Of a stretch of 64,000 bases of DNA, positions 52,443 to 64,000 are shown in pieces. The notes below the pieces were generated by a model. It had not been told where the DNA came from and searched no databases. It was given only the letters and a program-made list of their open reading frames with translations. Source of the DNA: Octopus vulgaris (taxonomy: Eukaryota); the NCBI GenBank assembly GCA_951406725.2, contig OX597829.1, forward strand, positions 25,296,001 to 25,360,000, in the 5' to 3' direction. The position numbers were made by a program, and so were the translations under genes. The first letter of the stretch is position 1. Every line of letters begins with the position of its first letter.

Positions 52443-53752
52443 CGCACAGAGTCTTTTTTTGTTTTTTGTGCATGAAAACCACTTACATGGTTATGATCAG
52501 CTTGGGTGTATAGCAGAAAACGTGATTATTGTTGTAATGGTGGTGTAATTGTAATTTTGTGTCCAAACTACATGACATATTTTGAGCCGTCTATAGCGGG
52601 GGAAAAAAAATTACATAAATGATTTTATCTTATTTTTGTCCTTAACATTGATTGAACCTTTCACTTTTCCTCTCGCCTAAAATATAGATTTCTTGACCTG
52701 AGTAAAAATTAAATACATTTTAAAAGTTTAAAAGTTCAGAATAATAATATATTCACCTTACTTTTGGGGTGACACACAAAATTTTGTTGTTGTTGTCAGA
52801 TTAGAAAATAAGCAAATTTGTTAAACAATACTGGACTTTAAATACTTATTGAAGAATGTTGGAGTAAACATCTATGTTAACCTGAATAGGATTTGTTAAA
52901 AACATAAATAGTCCTTTTCAATAGATAAGTCCTGAAAATACAGGATATCATTGGACCATGAAATAATAATTAATCTTTAAGGATTTCAGTTAAGTGTTTA
53001 TCTCTTCCATGTCTAACAGATGGCAGAGACAAGATAATAAAATACATCTTAAGATTATCTGTTTAGCTATGCTTGAAACAACTATTTAGACAATAGAAAC
53101 AATAACAAATAGGAAGAATAAAGTTTAAGGACATCAAGAGAGCTGTGAATGGGTAAGTATGCTGGTATGCCAGACAAAATACCATAAATTATTTTCATTT
53201 ACTTCCATTCAAAGGTCACAGTATGTCAGCACTAGTTTTGTTTTGCATCCCAGACCTGGTTGGATTCATTAGAAAGATTTGATTCTTTGTAAAAATTTTA
53301 GATCAGAAATTTATTCTGAGATAAAATTATATTTGTTAAAACTTGTCCCTTATGTTTTGTCTTCCGTTTGTGCTCATCGCCTTCTTTATATATACAGGGT
53401 GCAATGGGTAAATTGTCGCCATTCTATATTTTTTATTTTGTGCATGTGCATTGTTTGTTTTTGATTTTGTTGACTACACAGTATAGTAGTAACAATATAT
53501 CAATTGATGTTACATACTATCCCTCTGGAAACCTTTCAACCAACTTAAAAATTTAGTAATAGAACTAGAATACTTATAATACTTAGTGGTACATTCCTAT
53601 CTATGGTGGGAAAGCTACTGTTGGCATGAGTCCAATATATAATAACTGTAGGAGTATTTTGGTTAGGAGTAATGGGGTTATAATCTCCCAGTCTATCAAG
53701 CAACAAACAGCCTGGACACGTGTTCATGGTGGACTGCAAGCAAATGACACCA

Positions 53753-54168
53753 TACTCTTTACTCTCTTTACTCTTTTTACTCTTTTACTTGTTTCAGTCA
53801 TTTGACTGTGGCCATGCTGGAGCACCGCCTTTAGTCGAGCAAATCGACCCCAGGACTTATTCTTTGTAAGCCTAGTACTTATTCTATCGCTTCTCTTTTG
53901 CCGAACCGCAAAGTTACGGGGATGTAAACCCACCAGCATCGGTTGTCAAGTGATGTTGGAGGTGGGGACAAACACACACACATATATATACATATACATA
54001 TATACGACGGGCTTCTTTCAGTTTCAATCTACTAAAACCACTCACAAGGCTTTGGTCGGCTTGAGGCTATAGTAGAAGACACTTGCCCAAGGTGCCATGC
54101 AGTGGGACTGAACCCGGACCCATGTAGTTGGTAAGCAAGCTACTTACCACACAGCCACTCCTGTGCTT
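53753..54168 (-). mobile_element. SINE family A, full length with (TAAAAGAG)n tail
   Basis: Family homology. Confidence 0.9.
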
Positions 54169-54199
54169 ATGATGAAGCATTATTTACAAACCAATGAGC

Positions 54200-54365
54200 A
54201 TTTTGCCCATTGCTATGTTGAGTTCAAATTCCGCTGAGGTCGGCTTCGCCTTTCATACTTTTGGGGTTGATAAGACAAGTACCAGTTGAACTCTGGAGTT
54301 GATATGATCGACTCATCCCCACCTCCCCCCAAGCTGCCCCTGTGGCAAAAATTTGAAATAATTAT
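54200..54365 (+). mobile_element. SINE family C, partial
   Basis: GAGTTCAAATTCCGCTGAGGTCG core. Confidence 0.75.
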
Positions 54366-54904
54366 TTGCAAACCAGTGAAAGCCAGCAAAATATGAAATA
54401 CAGCGCTATAGTACAAGACACTTGTCCAAAGTGTCAAACGGTGGGTCTCACTCTGAAACCACATGGCTGGGAAGACAATCTTTCAACCACACCACACAGC
54501 CATGCCTGTAACCTCACAGCCATATCTCTGTCTATATACACATATATGTTTATGTATAAACATGTGTATACATACTTATGTATATATTGATTTCTCTTAG
54601 GCATAACAGTATTAATAACCAATTGTTAGAATTCAGTAAACATATGTTTCAGAATCTAAATGACAAAGGAACATGAATTACATAATCTATTACCTGGCTG
54701 ACAGCTGTTTCTGCTATAAGAAGCTGAATACCTGTGCAACATCCCATGGCTCACTCTGAGTAATTAATATATATATATATATAATTTTATATATACATAT
54801 ATAATATGTATATATATATATATGTGTGTGTGTGTGTATATATATAATTTTTAATACATATATATATATACATACATGTACATATATATATATATAATTT
54901 TCAA

Positions 54905-54941
<37 letters not shown>

Positions 54942-55732
54942 GTGTGTGTGTATATATAATTTTTATACATATATAGATATATAATTTTTATTAGCATACT
55001 TTTATTCCCTTTAATTCCTATTTTTGTATTTATTTACTTATGTTAAATACCATATCTCTGTACCTTAGCAACTTAACATATTTACATCTGGTATTTCACT
55101 ACAGGAATGCTGCATATCTGAAATTTTTAAATTAAATTTTGTCCAATAGTTCTTTATCTTTATTAGTCTAGCTCAATAATAAATTTTTAAGGGATGTAAG
55201 GTAATAACCTATAATTCTTTATTCATTTTTTAATTTTTCTCTCTCTATCTATTTTCATTCTTTACTCTATTTTGATTAATTTATTTTACTTTATTCATTT
55301 TCATTTATAATTTTTATGTACCCTAACATTGAGTAAATGTTCTAATTGGTCTTTTAACTATTTCAATATTTTAATAATTAATAGATTGCCTGAATGTCTT
55401 CCACCTTAATTATATATATATATATATATGTTAGTAACCATATGCATTTAAATTAAACTCTGCATACTAAGTTTATATTGATTTAATAAGAATAGATATA
55501 ATAGCATAATATGACATTTTTACCCATTGTATCTACTTGAACTTTATTATACTTAACACTCCAGATAAATACATAATTTTTTACAACTCCATTATGCACA
55601 ACCTTACTCCCCTTCAAAGGGCTCTACAATTTATATACTATGTTCTTTATGTATAAACTTTATCAGTTAATGGTTTGCAGCTGTTTACTCAACATGAAGA
55701 AATTGAACAGCTACTTCGTATATCTTTATCTA

Positions 55733-55815
55733 CCTCTGAAGAGATTTGACTTTCAAATAATTTTTAATTTAATTAATTAATTTTCTGAGGATCTGAACTG
55801 AAACGGCTGTAAAGG
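55733..55815 (+). ncRNA. Decayed type I hammerhead-like motif in an AT-rich Penelope-like repeat
   Basis: CCU-CUGAAGA-GAUU..-GAAAC-GGCU-GUA-AAGG; same family as the motif at ~43775-43853. Confidence 0.5.
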
Positions 55816-56087
55816 ATGTTTGTCAATTTTTTAATTAATAAAAAATAATTTATTAATTACCTCTCTATTCTCTTATCTTATTATTATAATAAATAAAATA
55901 TATATAAACCATGGTTTATATAGTTACCTTGCAGTTGAGTATTAAATATAATGTTCAATACTCTTTGTGTAGGTAATTAACTAGTACTTTCATAGGATTT
56001 TGCTATCTCTGAATGAGGTTTGTAACCTTTAATTGTGCTTATATATATATATAATCAAAATAAGCAACAAGGATATCCAGAGGTAAT

Positions 56088-56172
56088 GCAGTACGATTGT
56101 TTCATGCAACTCCTTTTAATTGAACAATACAATCATTACATCAATTTAAAATGCAGACCAATCTTCAGCTGC
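56088..56172 (-). ncRNA. Type I hammerhead-like motif
   Basis: GCAG-CUGAAGA-[~58 nt, weak stem II]-GAAAC-AAUC-GUA|CUGC; stem I GCAG/CUGC is perfect. Confidence 0.55.
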
Positions 56173-56611
56173 GCAAAGACATAGAATTTAATTAAATTAG
56201 AACAGATGGACACGTTAGTATAATTTTACTTAAAATCTCCAAGAAGTTAACGAGATAGACAAAGAACATACTTTCTTACTCCAGCATAGAAGTTACTAAA
56301 CTTTTCAAGAAGATATGCATTGTTACAGACTCTGCCTGTCACTGATTTTTGCTTTTATGGGGTCAATTTTAATTTATAGACTAGTTTATCAAAACCTTTG
56401 TACATCTAAGGCTGAAAGGTAGGTGAGAACAATTTACATGAATGAATCTATTCTCCTAGGTTTTCTTGTATATCTCAAGACTATTGAAAAGGTTGCAAGA
56501 CGCAATGAAAATTTTAGAAAAATAAAAATAAGAAATAAGTGTAAATTTTACTGGTGAGTGTGTTACATTATAAGGCACAAAAAGAAAATTGACTCTCCCC
56601 AGACACAACAG

Positions 56612-56645
<34 letters not shown>

Positions 56646-56681
56646 TATACACACACACATATATATATATATATAACACAC

Positions 56682-56728
<47 letters not shown>

Positions 56729-58689
56729 TATATATATATACATACATACAATCACCATCATTTAACATCTATGTTCCATCCTGCATGGGTTGGGCAGTTC
56801 GACATGAACAGACAAGACAAAGGTCTGCACTGAGCACTAATGCCTACTTTGGCATAGTTTCTACAGATTGATTTGCTTTCTAACACCAACCACTTCATGG
56901 AATTATATATATATTGCTATATTTCTCTATACTATAATATCTTAACATCTAAACTTGGTCATTATCAGTTGTAGTGTTTTTCAATCTCAGTTCATGCCTC
57001 TGTTTCATCAGCATCTATTTTCCTTCTTCTTTCCACATCTCTATTACAAGCAAATCTGATGAGCAGAGTTGTTAGCAACGGCATTTCAACCATGATCACC
57101 CTGTCTTTTTAGGGGCTTCTATAACTAAATGATCTATTAAAAGGCAGCAGGGTATGAGCCACAAACGGGTACTTCCACTTTTCTGGCTGGTAGAAAAGAA
57201 TTGGTTTCCTTTTCATCATCTTTGCTCACCATATTGGTATTTTTGTTTTTATTCTGTATAATGTATACCATCCTTCTCACTTCCATTTCCATTTGTAAAC
57301 ATGCTGTTTTATTTTTCATTTCCTAGGATAAAGCTGACCATCCCCTATCTTGGGTCTCATAGTCTAGCAAGCTGCATGGTGACCATACTAGTGACTGCGT
57401 CATGAAAAAAGTACCCAGTACAGATTGTAAAATAGTTGGCATTTAGGAGGACATCTGGCCATAGAAACCATGCCAAAGTAAACACTGGAGCCCAATGCAG
57501 TTCTCGAACCATTGGATCCTGTCAAGCTAGTCTAACAATAAATCTTAAATGATAATGATGATGAAGAGAGGTTGATGACGATAATGATATTGTATTTCAT
57601 TTTTCCTGCCAAGGTGAACTTCCATCCTTTCAGGATCAGTAAAGTACCAGTGAAGTATTGGGGTTTATAGTATTGACTAACCCCTTATTGCTGGCCTGAT
57701 GCCTAAATTGGAAACAATTATTACTAGTAATATTTGTGCAGTCTATGAGCATTTCTGGCTTGTGGAATCATGTCAGACATTATTTGGCAAGTGTAGAAGA
57801 TTGCATCTCTGCTTTCCTTTTGTTAGGCTGGGCAATGCTCTTTTCTTGTAGATGGCTGTGGCAATAAAGATTGTTTGGTGGGCAAGATAGAATAAAGTGA
57901 ATACAGACACTTATATTCTCAAGCCAAATTCTCATCTTTAGGTTTCACCTTGAGAGAAAATATGAGAATAGAGTGTCATGTGATCCCTGCTGAAAGGTAA
58001 GTGAGAACAATTTATATGAATGAATCTATTCTCAGCATGTCCTTGTAGTCTGGCAAATACAGTTGAGAGAGGACATTTGCTTTCAGTAGTCACTTACTCC
58101 TAGGTCTGTGAGGTTCTGTCATCATATCTATACAGCTGTTCTCATATTGGGACATCATGAAATGGTTTTGTAATTTGCTTTTCATTCATTACCCTTACAA
58201 CAAATGTATTATGATTAGGTGCAGGCATGTTTGTGCAGTTGAACAGTATGCTGCTAAATCACTTGATTTCAGGTTCAACTCTACTACATGGTACATTAGG
58301 AAAATGTCTTCAACTACAAATTTTATTTGATAATTCATCATTTTTCTCCTTAAGTCTTTTATTTTGGTGAATTGTTGTTTCTGTCAACTGGCCACTGTTT
58401 GAAATAATAATTGATAGAAAAATTTACACAGTAATTCTGTGACCTGGTCACTGACAGTGGAATTGTGTTAAAGACCAACGTACAGAAATACTGAAACAAC
58501 TTGACATGTCACTTCACAATGGACTACCATGAAGAATATAAATAAATAAGAAATAAATATCTCCGTTTCTGTGTTTTTTAAATGACTCTTCCATGATGTC
58601 ATTGTTTTAATTTTAACACATGATCTCAGGTCAAGTCACTTGACAAACAAGTTCAACTCTAAAATGCACACATAGTGTCTTCTATGAAT

Positions 58690-59200
58690 GTTGTGAATAT
58701 TGTGGCTGTATGTAACAGTATCTTTATCTCGTGTGTGTGGGTGTGGTACAAATATGTTGTTGAATGTATTTTCATGGAGTCTTGCATTGCCGGATATTTG
58801 GTTGTAACTCAAATAAGTCTGTTGTTGTGGAGCTGTTTTCTTTTTAGAGGGGTTGCTTATGCAGAGTTAAGGTTAGCACCTTGAGAATCATGTGAGGATG
58901 TGAATGTGGTGATGTCTTGTGGATACATTTTGTGAATGTGTAAAAGGACATGTAGATTGGAAATGAGAAAGTGAGAGAACAGTTTCCTGTGTTATATCTC
59001 AGTCAGGAAATTGTAAGTTTTGGAAGTGCTGTTTCTATTCATTAACTAGGATTGGTGACTTTACAGGCAGTCTACCAACCAATGGTTGCTGTCGTTTCTT
59101 AAGATGATGTGGAGTATTTTAGTGTATGATAGGGTAGCAGGAAATGGAGCCAAAAGATTTTTGATGTTGATGTAGATGAAGTAATTATATATTCTCTGTT
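58690..59200 (-). mobile_element. Possible very decayed Penelope-like coding remnant
   Basis: Minus strand has traces resembling the RT-to-GIY-YIG linker (KQP..., RQ.PN-like); many stops. Confidence 0.3.
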
Positions 59201-59781
59201 GATTTGGAACTTGTTTGGTAGTTGTTTAACCACAGGTAAGCTCTCATTTAACAAATCTAGGATCAGAGGCATCAACTCATGACAATTCCATCATCTTTTT
59301 ACATATTTTGGACTGTATTAGCCAATATTTCCTATCTTTAAGAGATTGGTAGGGTATAATTTGAGGGAAATTTGGCTGCTATTTCTAGGTCAGATGAATA
59401 CACAGAAGCTCTCCTTTTTTATTTTGTATTTCTTTTTACGAGGGGTTAGGGTTAGTGGTGTCAAGGGTTAACCTGTCTAGAATGTTAGAATGTATGTATT
59501 GGAATATGAAGGGTCTTATAAAGTTACTTTATGAGGATTTTGACTGAACTTTAGAACTGTTAGGATTTTACCCTGCTTTCTTTCAGATTCTAGGAATTTC
59601 AGTGTTGGTACAAGTATTAATGAGTACAATGATTCCATCATGTCTAACATATTTTTAGGTGAAAATGTTGCTCTGTGCAGGGATTCTGTCAGTTACATGA
59701 TGTGATTTGTACAGACTAGTAGATTTTTTAGATTGTCATACTGTTTTTCTAGGTATCTGATGGAAGAAAACAAGCCTTTAA

Positions 59782-59992
59782 CCTAGTTTGTTACCAACCC
59801 GGCTCTGGCTCTGAGTACAAATCTCTTGTTTACATAAGTTTTGAATTAAAATCTTCCACCAAATCTTAGTCACAATTTATGTTCCTAACACTAGCTTAAT
59901 GATAACCAAGTTATTTGACTAAATTCTTTGTTATATTTAAAGTAATTGAAAGGAAAACAGAGCATTTCAAAATAAATACAGTAACTAAAGGG
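59782..59992. mobile_element. piggyBac-like MITE (second family)
   Basis: TTAA|CCTAGTTTGTTAC ... GTAACTAAAGGG|TTAA. Confidence 0.7.
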
Positions 59993-60552
59993 TTAAGCAG
60001 TCATTCAATCTATAATAATTAGCAACCAAATCTGTTCCAAATTTTAGATTACCATTTAAACCAGCCAAAAATATTCTACTTGTTTTATGTTCAAGCTGAC
60101 CAGATCTGGCCTTTCACATCTTTCCTACAATGCTATTCTAAAAATAAAACAATCACAACTTTGAAATCTCAAAGCCACAAGATAAAGCCTGATGAATTCA
60201 AAACAATGTGAATGAGTAAGCATTACATTTGACAGAATAATCTGAATGTCAAAAGGTTAAACATTAATGAAAATACTTGATAAAAAGATCTAAATATATC
60301 AGAAAAGATGACAAGATAGTCATGGCTGATCAAAAGATTTTAGTTAGGCGCTAGAGAAACTTGCTTTGAATGCAGCTAAAGTCAGAAACATGTTGGATGT
60401 ATTTGTTGTTTATGAGGTCAGACATGATCCATTAGATCTATGGTCAAGAGAGTTTCCAGAAATCAGCATCTTGTATCTTGGACTATATTATACAATGTGT
60501 TCTTTTTCTATAAGCTTGAATATGATTTGAGGTATATTTGGTTGCTATTTCT

Positions 60553-60774
60553 TATTTCTTTATTGCCCACAAGGGGCTAAACATAGAGGGTACAAACAAA
60601 GGGATTAAGTTGATTACATCGACCCCAGTGCGTAACTGGTACTTAATTTATCGACTCCGAAAGGATGAAAGGTAAAGTCAACCTCGGCAGAATTTGAACT
60701 CAGAACGTAACGGCAGACGAAATACCGCTAAGCATTTCGTCCGGCGTGTTAACGTTTCTGCAGCTCGCTGCCTT
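60553..60774 (-). mobile_element. SINE family C, full length
   Basis: Colinear with 14363-14595; TATTTCT occurs on both sides. Confidence 0.9.
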
Positions 60775-60927
60775 ATTTCTAGCAGGGTGTGTACTTACAG
60801 AGGTTCTCTAATGATGACAATGATGATAATATAACCCTTCATATGGGAGCATCACATTGGACGGGGAGGGCCGTTTTGCTCGTACTTCCACAATACACAA
60901 AATATTTTTTTTTTTATACAAGTCCTA

Positions 60928-61095
60928 ATAATCCTTTCTACTATAGGAACAAGGCCTGAAATTTGTGGGGAGGGGTTAAGTTGATCACATCAACCCCAAA
61001 AGGATGAAAGGCAAAGTTGATCGTAGGCAGAATTTGAACTCAGAATGTAAAGATGGATGAAATGCCACTAAGCACTTTGCCTGGTGTGCTAATGT
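60928..61095 (-). mobile_element. SINE family C, internally deleted
   Basis: Family core motifs. Confidence 0.8.
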
Positions 61096-61196
61096 CTCTG
61101 CCAGCTCACTGCCTCATATAATTCCTAATAATGTTTGATAATAAAAAATATATAACAGGATATTTTAAATACTGAATGGCTATGACAGTTCACATC

Positions 61197-61556
61197 TTTT
61201 ACTTGTTTCAGTTATTTGACTGTGGCCATGCTGGAGCACCGCTTTTAATTGAGCAAATAGACCCCAGGACTTATTCTTTGGAAGCCTAGTACTCATTCTA
61301 TCGGTCTCTTTTGCCGAACCGCTAAGTTACGGGGACGTAAACAAATCAGCATCAGTTGTCAAGTGATGTTGTGGGCACAAACACAAACATATATATATGA
61401 CGGGCTTCTTTTCAGTTTCCATCAACCAAATCCATTCACAAGGCTTTGGTCGGCCCGAGGCTGTAGTGGAAGACACTTGACCATGGTGCCACGCAGTAAG
61501 AGTGAACCCGGAACCATGTGGTTCGTAAGCAAGCTACTTACCACACAGCCACTCCT
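61197..61556 (-). mobile_element. SINE family A
   Basis: Family homology. Confidence 0.9.
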
Positions 61557-64000
61557 ATTTTACCTGAGTAAAATAAGAATCAAAGTGGTCCATAGCTAAA
61601 AAGTGGATGAGAACCACTGTTTTAGATGGTTTACATCCTTATATCAACCCAATGTCCAAGTGATCAGGGTTATTTAAGATGGTTACAAATATGACGATGA
61701 TGATGATGGTGAAAGAGGTACAGAATTTTTTTTCTACAACAAATGACATCCATCAAACTTAATTTTTTTCTCTCATAATTTTACAGAAACAAAAACAAAA
61801 CAAAAAAGCCCATGAAGAATGTTTTATTTGTTTTTATTTTTAATAGCTCTTTGGTGTAAGTTTATCATTTTAATTGCACAGAAAAAACATTGAAAGTGAT
61901 AAATCAAAGTATTATAGTCTAAATTAACAAATAAGACTAAATTTTCAACATTGAATAACAAAACAGTAGAAATAATTTATCAAAACTTAAAGGGCAATCA
62001 ATATTTATATACATATCGCAAATATGGTGTGTAGAAACATTTATGGACAAAAATTAAATGTATTCAAATAGTAGATTAACAAAAAAAAAGTTTTAAAGAA
62101 TAAATTGTGATTAAAAATTTTTGCATAAAAATGTTCATTTCTTTTAGGAATTTTCATTTTCATTAGCAATTTTCGTTTTTAAAAGCAAGATAAATGACAA
62201 TATTAATTGATATACTCATAGATATACACATGTGTATGTATCTATGCACTTGTGTATATGTACATATATCATCAATTTATGTCTGCTTTATATGCTGGTA
62301 TGGGTTGGACGGGTAGTCACATTTAGAGTTCTTTATTATTTGGAGGTGAAGAAACCATTGTTCATTTTGGCATGGTATGGTATCTATGGCTGAATGCCAT
62401 TTCCTATTACCAACCATTTTATGAAGTGTACTAGGTACATTTTATTGTGGCATCATCACTAGAGAGGTTTTTGTTTCCTCAATATAACAAAACTACAAAG
62501 TCCTTCTGACTGTCTCCACTCCCCTGTAGTGTCTCCACCATTTTGTCAATGTTACACACACAAAGAAGAATTTGGATATCTATGATTATCTGTATGCTTA
62601 AAAAATATCCAGATGGTATAATATGCTTCTGGAATTTAGATAATTTGCAAGACATTTAACAAAAAGTAGAAGCAGATACTAATTTGATGATATTATAATA
62701 AGTTTAGGTCATTGACTTCTATCATTCTGCATTTAGTATCATTTTATTGGCAGCTGGCAATAAAACTGTTTCATGATTTTCTGGAGTTGTGCCTGTGACC
62801 AATTTATTTTGGTATAGGCTTGAAAATATCTTGCATTGTTGTACATTTTTTATTGCTGTAATACACACACACACATGCAAATGAACATACAGATGTGTGT
62901 GTGCATAAATGTGTTGTGTTTGTTCACCACCACTTGACAACCAGGTTTGGTTTGTTTACATCCATATACATTAGCTGTTCAGCAAAAGAAACCACTGGAG
63001 TAGGTGCCAAACTTAAAAATAATATAAAATAAAACCAAGTACTGGGCTATTCTCTATTACACTAACTTATCAGTAAATCTATTCTGTGCTCATGCTTCAT
63101 TATAACAGAATTTAGCTCTGGCTATTTTCTTCTGCTGATGCCTATGACTAGGTTTATAATTACAATGGGGATGGAGGTTGGCGTTCCTATAAACAGTTTT
63201 CTTGTTAGGATTTCTGCGAATGTAGAATTTGCTTGCCTTGAATTGTAGAGTGACATCCATACAATTGGTGGTAATGGTTTACCTAGGGCCAAATTTCTCT
63301 GAAAATGTTTATAACTTACCCATGGCATAGTCATTCAAAAGGCTTGAGAATGCAAAGCCACATATATTCATAAACTATGTGTGTGTGTATGCACAAACAC
63401 ACATACATGCATAAATATATATATTAGAAGAAAAACCCACCTTTTATCAATTCAAAATGAAAAATTAAATTACACCATCTAGAAAATTACATATAATAGA
63501 AAAATTAAATATAAGATAAAAAATATAACGATGATTAAGTAATGTGCAAAATAATAAATAAAATGTATATATTTAATTAATAAATATACGTAAATAATCT
63601 TTTAAAAAATAAATATATTCTTTAAAATAGATATCTATATCTATATATATATATATGTATATAAGATACAAAATATACATTAAGTGAAAACTAAATACAA
63701 CATTTTAAACTATATACATTAAATCAAATTATTAATTAATATATTTATTTAATAAACATCCAAATAAAGTCTAATACCCATTAAGCAATTAATACTAAAA
63801 ACCTTAATATTAACTAATATACACAATGCTAGTACAAGCCATAAATACTGGAATCAAAAATAAGAAATGGTTCAAATATAGACACACCCATTATATAAAC
63901 TAACTATATAATTAATATATATGTAGTATGTATAGATTTAATATATCACTCAATAATATAGTTGACCAAAATATCAATTAATATAAAAACTAATTTACTT

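Noticed and set aside
59440-59458. Interstitial telomeric repeat
   Set aside because: Only about two TTAGGG-like units, expected by chance

Overview
This is a eukaryotic, AT-rich, microsatellite-saturated window, probably intronic or intergenic. The SINE/LINE repertoire suggests an octopod cephalopod (inference). No host protein-coding gene can be supported, and almost all ORFs in the track are translations of simple repeats. The window is a mosaic of mobile elements. (1) A young 5'-truncated RTE LINE lies at 46037-49377 (minus), with a PHD finger inserted in its RT and a 63-bp tandem array in its 3' UTR. Many short copies of the same 3' end and older RTE fragments are scattered through the window. 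(2) There are CR1/L2-type and restriction-like-endonuclease (R4/Dong/NeSL-type) LINE fragments. (3) Three tRNA-headed SINE families are present. (4) DNA elements include three decayed Tc1/mariner transposons plus Tc1-like and piggyBac-like MITEs. (5) Several non-coding Penelope-like/retrozyme-like repeats carry type I hammerhead ribozyme motifs. Three signals stand out. The first is a 431-bp-period non-coding element with an intact canonical hammerhead and an inverted end (32190-32960). The second is a minimal hammerhead family with a recurrent CUGUNGA core. The third is a tandemly amplified pseudoknot-plus-variable-hairpin module in RTE 3' UTRs. All structures were read by eye, and boundaries of decayed elements are approximate.
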